DNA of 64,000 bases from Octopus sinensis (taxonomy: Eukaryota): NCBI RefSeq assembly GCF_006345805.1, contig NC_042999.1, forward strand, positions 75,082,001 through 75,146,000, given 5' to 3'. A model generated the notes under the pieces. The model ran no database searches, was not told the origin of the DNA, and saw only the letters and a program-made list of their open reading frames with translations. Made by a program: the position numbers and the translations under genes. Positions within the stretch are counted from its first letter, which is position 1. The number at the start of each line of letters is the position of its first letter. Positions 52,808-64,000 of the stretch are shown here, one piece after another.

Positions 52808-54103
52808 CGAGGGACGTTCAATAAGTAATGCCTCTGACCCACTTGCATTTGTTTGATCTAGCTGAAATTTTGCATGTGCAATTATTTTTATCTCTATAGA
52901 TTAAGTGGCAAATTACAACTCTGAGCTAGTTGTGGTTTCTGATTTACAGGTGTTTGAACTGAGTCAAGTGTGAAATGGAACCTGTTGAGTGTCGAGCAGT
53001 GATCCGGTTTTTGTATTTGAAAGGACGCACACCACAGGAGACTTTTGATGAAATGAAAGTAACTTATGGTGATGATGCCCCATCATATGACCATGTAAAA
53101 CGCTGGCATCGTGAATTCAAACATGGTCGGAACTCTGTGGAAACAGCTCCCAGATCTGGTCGCCCCCTTCTGCCATTGATGAGGCATCTGTCCGTCAAGT
53201 TGAGGCTGCCATTTTCGAAGATCGATGCATAACTATTCGCCAAATAGCCCATGAGGTCAAGATTAGTACCGGGTCTGTGGAAACTATCATTCATGACCAT
53301 TTGCATATGCAAAAGGTGTCTGCCAGATGGATTCCCAGGTTGCTCACACCTTTCCAGAAGCAAGAACGCGTCGAGTGCTCGAGGATGAATTTGGAGATGT
53401 GCCAAGAAGATGAGTCAAAATTTTTCAAAAGTCTGATTACACAGGATGAAACCTGGGTCCATCACTATGATTCAGAGACCAAAGCCCAGTCAATGCAGTG
53501 AAAGCACCGTGACTCACCTCCTCCAAAGAAGGCAAGGGTGCAGCCCTCCGCTGGCAAGGTCATGCTCAGAGTCTTCTGGGACCAGGACGGAGTGGTGATG
53601 ACAGATTTCCTGGCAAAGGGTACCACAATTACAGGAGCCTATTATGCTTCACTTTTGAGGAAATTATGAGAAGCTATCAAAATCAAGAGGTGGGGCAAGA
53701 TCAGCAAAGGCATCCTCCTCCTGCAGGACAACGCTCCGGTTCACAACTCGCGTGTCGCCAGATCAGAAGCACAGGCGTGCTGCTATGAACTCCTCCCCCA
53801 TCCCTCCTACGCTCCTGACCTTGCACCCTCTGATTTTCACCTCTTCCCAGCCATGAAGTTTTTTTTGAAAGGAAAGCATTTCACAGATGATGCAGCCTTG
53901 ATTTCTAAAGTCACGTCGTGGTTGGAGGACCAAGCTGGGGTCTTCTACAAAAACGGTCTCCAGAGCTGCATCAAACGATGGCAGAAATGCGTAACTCTGG
54001 GTGGTTCCTATGTAGAAAAAAAAAGACTAATAACTGTGCCAAGTTTCGTTGCTCTACTGCTATGGGAAGTGGGTCAGGGGCATTACTTATTGAACGCCCC
54101 TCG
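52808..54103 (+). mobile_element. mariner transposon, defective (copy 2, same family)
   Basis: Same TIR with 2 mismatches on the left, TA TSD. WIPRLL, QDETW, QDNAPVH, YAPDLAPSDFHLF (DD34D type). Frameshift and stops. Confidence 0.95.
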
Positions 54104-54907
54104 TATACGGTATGTATGGGGTACCAGATATGGTCTGCACTGCTACAAGTATATTCTTGAATAATAAAAGCTATTGTGCTCGCAACATGATACTTGTAAA
54201 ATACTTTATTCATTTTTCTAGGATAGTGATGTCACTGGCATATTACTGCTAGAGTTAATGCTATTTTGTTACACCAGTATATGTAGTAGTAGTAGTATGT
54301 CTTTATCTATATGTAGTAATATGTCTTTATCTATATAGACCTAACAAGCAAATATATATGCTTTCCTGAGGAGATAGTAAGGGTAAAACTTTGCTGGAAA
54401 GCTACTAATCTTGTTAAATTTTATCTTACCCTATTTTACCTATTTCCAAATTTTATTTAAATAGACTCTAATACATGAATGCATTAAAAAAGTATTTATT
54501 GTGGTGAGTTGACCTTGGTTTCATTGGACAGTGTTCAATGTCGTTTATCTCTCACCCATACGTGCACAGCCTGTATTAAATTTTCCTTTAAAACATCATA
54601 CTCCTCACATTATGTTAACATGAAATATACAATTTTATCTGACCTTTGGAATATTGATTTACCTGTTGCTAAAACAAATATACACTGATGAAATGAATAA
54701 ATGTTCAAATTTAAACCTAAATATTGCAATGCTGTCATACTAAATAGGGCGATATAAACCTGCTAGACTGCTGTGCACGCATATATATAACGTAAAATTA
54801 TCTTCACTGCTGCATTTTGTTAGATGCAGCGAGGAGGTATAGCAAATTTATTCTTTCCTTAGCATTTAGCTGTTGTTAAATTTTAAAGCAGTGCAATTTC
54901 AACTAAG

Positions 54908-55142
54908 ATGTCGTCAACATCAACTGTTAGTGAAGTAAAGAAGAGAGATTGTGAAGAAATAAAAAAAGAAATAGAAAGTAATCCTATACAATTCATCGGC
55001 AACGACGGAAAACCTATGCAACTTTATCAATATAAAGGACACAATTTTCTTCCTTTAGAAATAGGATCATCAGCTTTGTCCAAACTACATACAGTGAAAA
55101 TTAGACCTGATGATATTTTGCTGTATACCCATCCTGGAGCAG
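54908..55142 (+). CDS. SULT-like gene B (tandem paralog), coding exon 1
   Basis: Same caactaagATG context as gene A. ...VKIRPDDILLYTHPGAG, then G|gtaag donor. Confidence 0.93.
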
Positions 55143-55638
55143 GTAAGATTTTAATATATTCACAAATATTGTAATGAGTGTTGTGTCATGTAATACGTCA
55201 TTTGTAATACGTGGTGAGGGTTTCTAGGAAATTGTATTAAGACTTACTATTTCAAACCTGTGATGTCACCTTCGTGTAGTGGTTAACAATGCTTTGCAGT
55301 TTACAGCGAACACAAGGTTCTATTCACATAGATGATATTACAGCTTTCCTCCGTCTGCTATATAAGAAATGCATGTGTATATACAAAATGTGCAATATAG
55401 ATTTAAAATATTTTGTCCAGTGCGAAGCGCCTTGTTAATCGGTTGCATATTGCGAAATCGTAAAATTTTGTGGGTGTGCGTTAAGAAGCTTACTTTCCAA
55501 CTATACGGTTCGAGGTTCAGTCACAATACGTGGCACCATGGATAAGCATCTTCTACTATAGCCTTATGAGTGAATTTGGTTGACGGAAACTGAAAGAATT
55601 CCGTCGTGTGTGTGTGTCTATATACATACATACATACA

Positions 55639-55748
<110 letters not shown>

Positions 55749-55790
55749 TAAATAAGTGGAGTTGAACGCAGGTGTTATTCAAATTCTTTT

Positions 55791-55877
55791 TCTTTCGACA
55801 TATGTTTCGAAGACAACATTGGTTTTATTCAAAAAGAATAAACGGTGTAAAGTAATGTGATTTTCTCAACAGGAAAG
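55791..55877 (-). ncRNA. Hammerhead, inverted-arm copy with core mutation
   Basis: Core reads CTGTTGA (A6->U, at 55869). Stem III is ACATATGT. Confidence 0.6.
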
Positions 55878-56947
55878 AAAGAGAACCTATCTCAACAACA
55901 AGACATTATAACAATTTTGATGACTGCATAAATGATAAACAGAACGCTATTAAGTATTTTTAAAAAACCCTTTGGAATATCAGACGCTTTGAATCCCAGG
56001 CCTTGTTAAAAATGTCAACATTGGCTGATAGTTTAGACAATCTAACTGAAATGTTTTTAACTAAATTCTTACTGGATGGACTAATATACTTGAGATTGGT
56101 GGAAGGTTTGTGGTATGGGAAGTATGAGTTATTATGCAAATTGAGAGTAATATCTAAGAAGTTAGCTTTAGTTATCTCATCGTCAAAGACGATGTGAAAG
56201 CCCATTCTACGAAAAAAACCCTAACTAACCTATTCTTAACCTTCTGTATTTTTTTATTGGAAATGTTTTGGAGGTAAAGCAAACAATCATCATCATATAG
56301 ACCTCCACAGATGTCTGGGAACTGGTCAGCCATTTCATGAAGTATATATATGCCGACTAAATCCGTAATTTGAGCAGAATCTGAACTTCCCTTTGAGACA
56401 TCGAACGCGTTGGGAGTATCCTTCCGGACCCACAACTTATTATCAAACTTAATGATTGATTTTCTGGCAGCCAGTACCACATTAATTTCCTCTCTCGAGA
56501 GAGACCTGCTTTATTGTATGCATGCCAGGGTGCCTTATTGAGTATAATAGGGTTGATTGATGAATAAGAGCTAGATATGTCAAACTGAATAAATTTAGTG
56601 TTAACCTTATTAGTAATAGCAGTAAACCAATCCACAACTTGAAAAGAATTAGACCATAAGCTAAGTTTTAATTTATTAATTAATGTAGGGATATACTAAT
56701 CTAAGATGTATTTACTAAGTATACCGATGTTTGAGCTGGAAGGACAGATAAGCCGTAAGGATGGGTTATTATAAAAGTTTTGTTTGTGGTCTTTTAAAAT
56801 AAACTGAGGTTGCCTGGGATTCAAAGGGTCTGCCTTTGACGTCAGATCTACTAACAGCTTTTTTTTAAAACTACTTAATAGCGTTCTGTTTATCATTTAT
56901 GCAGTCATCAAAATTGTTATAATGTCTTGTTGAGACAGGTTCTCTTT

Positions 56948-57022
56948 CTTTCCTGATGAGAAGATTACATTATTTTACACCTTTGGAATAAAACCAATGT
57001 TGTCTTCGAAACATGTCGAAAG
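56948..57022 (+). ncRNA. Type I hammerhead ribozyme with canonical core
   Basis: CTTTC-CTGATGA-GAAGAT...GTCTTC-GAAA-CATG-TC-GAAAG. 5-bp stem I, extended stem II, palindromic stem III, GUC triplet ending at 57017. Confidence 0.85.
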
Positions 57023-57526
57023 TAAAAGAATTTGAATAACACCTGCGTTCAACTCCATTTATTTACTTTTACTATACAAATTACTGCACATTAATCCGGA
57101 GTTTCTACCTTTGAATAGGTCGCTACATCCTTGTTACTTGCGTGAATTTTGCTACCTTGGTAACTGTTTATTGAATTTTCCATGTTAACTGTAAACAAAG
57201 GATAATTCAAAACACACTTTGAGTCGAACCAGGGACAGCTGATGAAGGGGAATTTTCCTTGTATTGTTTGTCCTGTACTCTGTTTTTTCGTTGTTTAAAA
57301 AAAGTCCGTTTCCTTGTTTGATTTTATGTTCTCGTCTCTCGTTGTGCTCTACGTTTATTTGTGGTGTCCTGTACTCATATATATATATGTATGCATGTAT
57401 ATATACATGTAGATGTAAATATGTACATATATGTATATATATATGCATATATTTTATTTATTTATTATATTACTATATGACCGAACGCACGCGTTATTTC
57501 TCTATTTCTCTTCTCCAAGTTTTTAT

Positions 57527-57591
<65 letters not shown>

Positions 57592-58151
57592 ATTTGTGTC
57601 AGTGTTTGTCCCCCACCACTGCTTGACAGCCAGTGTAGGTTTGTTTACATCCCCGTAACTTTACAGTTCGGCAAATTAAAACTGAAGGAATAAGTAACAG
57701 GCATTAAAAAATAAGTACTGAAATCGATTTATTCCACTAAAAGTTCTTCAAGGCGGTGCTCCATCAAAGCCGCAGTCTGCTGACTGAAACAGATAAAAAA
57801 TTAAATTTTCATAAAATAGTATGTAGAACAAGCACAAATTAAATTTCAGATGAAAAAATGTTTAATTTATGTGTGTAATCGTAAGTTTGCTATTCGGCCA
57901 TTTTAATCCTTTGCTTACAGTTATAAAAGTTTGCAATATGTATTTTACTGCTTCACATACACCGTAAATAATCATGTTTAAGATTACTAGGCGTGTAGAT
58001 GAAACAGATAGAATACATGTCAGAAGCATTCCCACAATTGAAATAAAATTGAGTAACCGTAGAGCAATAATTTTTCAACTGTGTACTCGTAATTATTTCT
58101 GGATATCATACTGGATATCTCATAGGAAAAAAATTTCATTTATGATTTCAG

Positions 58152-58469
58152 GTTCACATTGGATGTTTGAAGTCGTTAATATGATACTGAGAGGAAGCAG
58201 TGAAAGAATCAACATTATAAAGGAATCATTGTTTATAGACTGGGCACCAATAGAAAATCTCGAGTCAGCTGAATCACCTCGAGTATTGAACACGCACCTT
58301 TCTATTGAATTCCTGCCTCCGCAATTGCTAAAAGATCATAAAATCATCTATGTAAACCGAAACCCTAAAGCCATGGTGGTGTCGTTCTATAGACACGTGA
58401 GTCGTTCTAAAGCTTTTGAATACGCAGGAGATTTTTCAAGCTTTTTTAACCTCTATATAAAAGGAGAAA
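58152..58469 (+). CDS. SULT-like gene B exon 2
   Basis: 318 nt, same length as in gene A. SHWMFEVV...SPRVLNTHL...RNPKAMVVSFYRH. A|gtaag donor. Confidence 0.95.
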
Positions 58470-58487
58470 GTAAGATTTGAAAGCATC

Positions 58488-58552
<65 letters not shown>

Positions 58553-58554
<2 letters not shown>

Positions 58555-59245
58555 GGGATGCTCCAAGGGCTCATACGGCTGTAAAGATCAGCTACTAATC
58601 AATAAGGCCATAACTGAAGACAGCCGCAGAAACAAAAGGGGTCTAAGTATGGCCTGGATCGATTATCGAAAGGCTTTTAATAGTATTCCCCACACATGGA
58701 TCCTAGAAACGTAGCATCAATAATCCTAAAATATATAAAACATTCCACGAATAAACGGCAGACAGTGCTATAGCTCCAGACAAAAGAGGCACTAAAAATC
58801 CAGAGCCATCCCCATTAGAAGAGGAATATTCCAGAGAGACACGCTCTCTTCACTCCTTTTCTGCTTGGCACTGATACATTTACCTGACATGCTAAACAGA
58901 AACTGGGTGGGGATACAACTGTTATGGCAAAACAATCAACCATCTCTTATATATGGATGATCTAAAACTGTACGTCAGAAATGATAAACAGCTGGAAACA
59001 TTACTAGAGACAGTACATAGATTTATCGAAGAAATAAACATGATTTTTGGCTTAGAAGAATGTGCCAAAGCAACCTTGAAAAGAAGAAAACTAGTTAAGA
59101 GTAGCAACATCACACTACATAAAGCAAATGAAATAAGAGAATTAGACCAAAGCCAGATATACAAATACTTAGCAATCAATGAACTAGATACGATACAACA
59201 CACACAAATGAAAGAAGATAATAAAAAAAAGGAATACTAAAGACA
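58553..59245 (+). mobile_element. R4/Dong-like RT fragment in SULT-B intron 2
   Basis: GCSKGSYGCKDQLLIN...WIDYRKAFNSIPH...NHLLYMDDLKLY. Begins directly after (TAA)n. Confidence 0.85.
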
Positions 59246-59352
59246 GGGCTAGATTTGTTTTGGTTAATTTTACGTTAATTAGGAGGTGTTTGTTATTCTA
59301 TCAGTTTTTATTTGACAATCTCATATTCTAATTTATTTTCTTAATTTTTCAG

Positions 59353-59450
59353 TTCCTTATGATAGTTACTTTAAACATGTTCAGGAATTTTATGCCCTAA
59401 TTAAAGATAATCCAAATGCACTTATCATTACTTACGAAGAAATGAAAAAG
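59353..59450 (+). CDS. SULT-like gene B exon 3
   Basis: 98 nt, same length as in gene A. PYDSYFKHVQEFYALIKDNPNALIITYEEMKK. Confidence 0.93.
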
Positions 59451-59745
59451 GTAAATTTTTTATATTTCTGTGTAATTTTCATCTGAATTTCAATATATCT
59501 TATTTAGTGCACTGGTTTTTGATGTACAGGAAAAAGATCTATAATATTATTACGATATATCTGATTTGCTTAACGTACATATTCATCCAATTAATCTTTG
59601 TTCTAAATCGTCTTATCTTTTTAATGACAGGAGTTTAACTACATATTAACCTCATATTAACCACAGAAAGAGGTCTTTAGTAAGAAAATGCAATCTTTCT
59701 GTTAAATATGAAAAAAATTCATAATTCGTTATTTCTTTTCGACAG

Positions 59746-59926
59746 GATTTATACAAAGTAGTGTTGCATATTGCTAAGTTCCTTGATAAAACAATTTCTG
59801 ACCAACTTGCTAAAAGTATTGTTGATATGTGTTCATTCGATAAGATGAAATCTGAGAAAACATTGGTGTCTGCCTCATGTGTTCCTGAAAACTTATTCAA
59901 AGAGGGTGGTACTTTCTACCATTCTG
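59746..59926 (+). CDS. SULT-like gene B exon 4 (exon 5 not found in window)
   Basis: gacag acceptor, G|gtaagt donor. DLYKVVLHIAKFLDK...CSFDKMK...TFYHS. The equivalent intron in gene A is 4.85 kb, so exon 5 may lie past 64000. Confidence 0.93.
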
Positions 59927-60179
59927 GTAAGTATGTCAACGTAATGTTAACTCCGTTATAATTCTTTTCCTAAAAGTAAAAGGCAGATATCTATCATTGC
60001 CAGCAAGGATATCTAGCTTGTGGTCATTGCCTGAGTCTTTGTGTGTGAAACGTGGACTGAGCAATTCCATATGATCCAGTACATGCAGTTCGTAATCTCT
60101 GTAAATACTCAACACAGCCTCAGGTTAACGAACTTGTTGCTTTTATATGATTACCGTACTAGCATCCGCGAATTATTTA

Positions 60180-61180
60180 TCTTACGATTTTTAATTTGAA
60201 CAAGACGTTCTAAGCCATTCGAGTGTATGCCAATGTATTACATTGGAATAATCTCAATTCACAACTTCGACATCTCGGGCTAGTTATGTGACGACTTGTT
60301 AGCACGCTTCCTTCTATCCTGCATCATGTGTTATCTGTGTCATGATGGTTCGTGCCGGGGTCAAAACGCCGACATCATGACAGCTGCTTAATGTTCTGTG
60401 AACAATGTAAAGCTGTAAGACGTCTCTTGGACAGCTGCAACGAAGGCTACGAAGCCGTGGCCAGCAGGAAGGGACACACCAGGCGTTCTAACTGCATCTG
60501 AACGCCAGAGTTCATCCCCACATCTTTGAAGAGCGCCTTAAGCTCAGTTCTCGTGGGAAATGAAGCTGCTGGAGACTGTGATCAACCCATGTTAGGAGAG
60601 GATTGCTGCTACAATGCTATATGAATGGTAGTACGATTCATCTCCTTGCCATACCTCGGAGCAAAATGATAAAGAGATTATCGGAATATTTCTACAACTT
60701 CACCAGCCTCAATCTCTTGCCACCTAATTTCTTTGATTATAATCTCATGTATTACTGTATGCAGGGCGCGGTTGAGAAAGGAATCAACCGTTCTGCTTGC
60801 AACAGCAAGGACGAGTTGGTATCCAAGATCGAGGAAATGTTTGAAGATTTTATAAGGGGCTCAGTGTGGAACCCATGTGCTAGGTTCCAAAGCGTCTTGA
60901 GGCTGTGGTGGAAGCTGAGGTGGGAGGACTACTTTGAGTAAACTGTTATCTACCAACCATAACCTAGTTCATATTTTTGATTTTTTTAGATAATTTTGTT
61001 TTTGGGTGAGATATTGTGTTTTCTTTTCCTTCTATGCAAATTGTCGAATTTAACCCGAACATGTAAAATGAAGTCATTCTTGAGTTTAAAAATGTCTTAT
61101 TTTTGCCTAAATGTATAGTAAAAACAAAACAAGAGGCAAAACATTCTATTGTAATTTGCAGTATCACTTTGGTTACACCG
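60180..61180 (+). mobile_element. Tc1/mariner-superfamily (maT/DD37D-like) remnant
   Basis: PPNFFDYNLMYYCMQGAVEKGINRSACNSKDELVSKIEEMF...CARFQSVL...YFE* resembles the maT C-terminus. Decayed N-terminal part at about 60340-60530. Ends approximate. Confidence 0.6.
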
Positions 61181-62014
61181 TTTAAAGTGAACTAGGGCTC
61201 AGAAGAGATCTGTAACTAGGCTGGTTCCGTTCTCCACAATAGGTTCTATGATAACTTCCTTCTCACAGCTCTCTTCCATGCTACCTTCTGGCATTTAATT
61301 TCAGACAGGTACTTCTAGTGATGTCCTGTGTGGAAAGCTTTCCAACCATGTCTTACTATTTGCTTCTGCAATAAACGAATACTTTAAAAACTGCTTTCTA
61401 AAGCAGCAGTATACGAGTCATGCTGAACTTACCCCCTACAGGCCTCGATAGTCCTGCAAAAATTATAGTGCAATTCATTTTTCTCTGCTTGAGACGTATC
61501 ACCCACTGTTTTTGTTTCTCCAGCTTTTACCAGGTGGAATATATGTGTGCTAGTGATATCCCATCTGCCATTCTAGTTCTTCCACATCTATTACAGTCCA
61601 TCCTTTGTGTTCTGTTCCATATATGTAATTTACTCCTAGAGTGGATGCCCTTTTGCATATCCCATTTCCCTCCTCTTCAAAAGAGGTTATGCATTTTAGA
61701 TGTTTTAAAAATGAAACCCTCCACTACATGAGAATGACACCCAAGCCATTCCCCACTACGCGAACAGGCGCAAAAGACGTCCAGATCCCTCGGCCTGAAA
61801 ATTCATATAGACACAAATCTTAGAATAGTCCATTTACTGGACGTTATTCTAGTATTAGTACTGGTGATTTTAAGCGTTTAAGAAAACGAAACAAGAAACT
61901 CACATACATTTACGTAGTACCATGACATTCTACTTCTCTTCAAAATCTTCAACCTGCTACACAGGAAAAAGATCTTTAATAGAGGAGCCCCTTACTATAA
62001 CGGTATACTTGAGA

Positions 62015-62247
62015 AAGGCGGCGAGCTGGCAGAAACGTTAGCACGCCGGGCGAAATGCTTAGCAGTATTTCGTCTGCCGTTACGTTCTGAGTTCAAATTC
62101 CGCCGAGGTCGACTTTGCCTTTCATCCTTTCGGGGTCGATTAAATAAGTACCAGTTACACACTGGGGTCGATATAATCGACTTAATCCGTTTGTCTGTCC
62201 TTGTTTGTCCCTTCTGTGTTTAGCCCCTTGTAGGTAGTAAAGAAATA
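62015..62247 (+). mobile_element. Full-length tRNA-head SINE
   Basis: A-box-like TGGCAGAAACGTTAG, B-box GAGTTCAAATTCC, and a perfect 13-bp TSD GGTATACTTGAGA (62002-62014 / 62248-62260). Confidence 0.88.
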
Positions 62248-62619
62248 GGTATACTTGAGATTAAGCGGTTCAAAAATAATCTCGTGACTAACCCCACGTA
62301 AGGCATAACTAAAGAAGTGAGGTGCAGAAAGGTAATTTGGATTGCACTTCATTTCACTGAAAGATTGATCTAATAGATGTAAAATATTTTTTAATTTTAT
62401 AGAGATTTCCCACAAGAACATAAAAGATTCTTCAACATATATACAGATAGAATCACCTACAGCAGTAACCCTTACATGAAATATACTATTACGCATAAGT
62501 CCACCACCATAGTTGTGCATGGATAGGAACACTATAGCATATCCAATAAGTGGATTATGTAACGTCAGTTCAATTATTTTGAGACAGAAGTCAAATCTGC
62601 CAAAACTGAGTAGAACACT

Positions 62620-62930
62620 GGTGCTCCGTCGGTTACGACGTTGAGGGTTCCAGTCGATCTAATTAAAGGAACAGTCTTACCATGCAAATGACTGAGCACT
62701 CCACAGACACAGATGCTCTTAATGTAGTTCTCAGAGAGATTCAGCATGACTCAGAACGTGACAAGACCGGCCCTTCGAATTACAGGTACAGTTCATTTTT
62801 GCCAGCTGAGTGGACTGGAGTAACGTGAAATAGAGTATCCTGCTGAAGGAGACAATGCGCCGCTGGGAATTGAACTCACGACATTACGATCCTGAGCCAA
62901 TTACCCTAACCATTAAGCTACGCACCTTCA
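62620..62930 (-). mobile_element. tRNA-derived SINE, second family
   Basis: Minus-strand tRNA-like head (GTAGCTTAATGGTTAG...GAGTTCAATTCCC). Related copy at about 38240-38490. Confidence 0.65.
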
Positions 62931-63605
62931 TACTTGAACATTAATCTTAAACGATATATACAAGTGACAGAAAGATCCGTTAAGTGGATATGGCGAGATG
63001 AAAATTGCATAGCGTAACTCAAAATATCACCAAAATATTCACACGATATACGAATGCTGTAATGTTAGTATTTCGTCTCATTTTCTTGCTTTCAGTAGGT
63101 TTTCCTCCTTAGAATTTTCTCCAAACTCTTCTGGAGTTGCAGGATGTTTCCCAATTTTCTCCCCCTTGCTTCTCTTTATTTCCTTCTCTCTCTCTCTTTC
63201 TCTATTGTTATTTAGTATGTATATAAATATACTACAGAAAAACGGATCATGGCCTCAGAGATAACTAACCCCGAAAAAGTATGGAGTACTGCCCCTTTCA
63301 GTATACTGCAAGATCACAATATATTTTCACACTCAAATCTTCATATGCTATGAACGTAGTGAAAGATAACTTCCATACATTCCTAACGTGTATTAACCAA
63401 ATTCTAGTCCGCCACAGTCATGCACAAGTCACAGAAACTGATAAGAAATTTAAAACTTTTTCGATTCAAAATTTGTATTTTTTACATTTTTGTCCTGAAA
63501 ACTTAGCGTATTCCTAAATGAATAATAATTTTGACTCTATACCTCATTATATAAGAGCGATAACTTTGGAGTTACTAGACAAGGATCACAATATGTATGT
63601 AAATA

Positions 63606-63648
<43 letters not shown>

Positions 63649-64000
63649 ATGTATGTATGTATGTATGTTTATGTGTACTCAGCTATTCTAGAAAAAACTT
63701 TAAGAGACTATGCATTATTTCTTAATCCCTTATTTACTATAACTATGCAATTTTGTTTGAATTATGAATTAAATACTTTGAATTATACCACGTTTTCCTA
63801 GTCCATTCTCTTTTTCTAATATGTATCTACCCTCTCAATGATGAACCACTTATGGCCATCTTTGTTAAGCAGCTTCAACCTTTGATTCAGTTGCAGATCA
63901 AGCAGACGTTTTAGAGGTAAACCAACCCGAGCACTTATAGAATAGATCTATTAATTCATTAGTCGGAATTATATATATATATATATATATAACAAAGTGG

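Larger units (their letters stand above)
55757..57070. mobile_element. Penelope-like element: minus-strand RT fragment between about 210-bp inverted pLTR arms
   Basis: Arms about 55747-55955 and 56865-57070. Central RT motifs LKDHKQNF...RLICP; FDISSSY; FDVSKGSSDSAQITDLVG; GLYDDDCL; FLDITLNL. Confidence 0.88.

Noticed and set aside
57231-57275. Hammerhead-like CTGATGA with stems I and II
   Set aside because: The GAAA half of the core and stem III are missing, so it cannot be called a ribozyme.
57974-58151. ORF-track N-terminal extension of SULT-B exon 2 (and of SULT-A at 38723)
   Set aside because: Intronic read-through upstream of the true acceptors; not conserved between the paralogs.
62860-62930. 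tRNA gene
   Set aside because: The tRNA-like boxes are the head of a SINE that recurs at about 38400-38490. No clean cloverleaf could be built.
59927-64000. SULT-B as a truncated pseudogene
   Set aside because: Exon 5 was not found, but the homologous intron in gene A (4.85 kb) is longer than the remaining window, so absence is uninformative.

Overview
AT-rich, microsatellite-laden animal DNA. The SINE types and repeat landscape suggest an octopod cephalopod; this is an inference from recognition, not a search. The window holds three spliced + strand genes reconstructed by hand from GT-AG boundaries with consistent phases. (1) A 5'-partial mosaic S1 serine protease (LDLa-LDLa-SRCR-protease; 9 exons, 124..30429). 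Its His/Asp/Ser triad is intact, but it has an atypical activation site (N|IKYG) and Pro189. (2) A complete 5-exon, 309-aa cytosolic sulfotransferase-fold gene (35728..47630). (3) Its tandem paralog (4 exons seen, 54908..59926; the last exon is probably beyond the window). Both SULT copies have open frames yet share the same substitutions in the PAPS-binding motifs (YPKSGT->(Y/H)PGAGS; RKG->HSG), the most notable protein-level signal. Introns and intergenic DNA carry several Penelope-like elements forming long palindromes with hammerhead ribozymes. They also carry mariner and maT transposons, Helitrons, a Gypsy remnant, RTE/R4-Dong/Hero-like LINE fragments, SINEs, and an intact ORF1-only (HAL1-like) LINE derivative with a CpG-rich leader.
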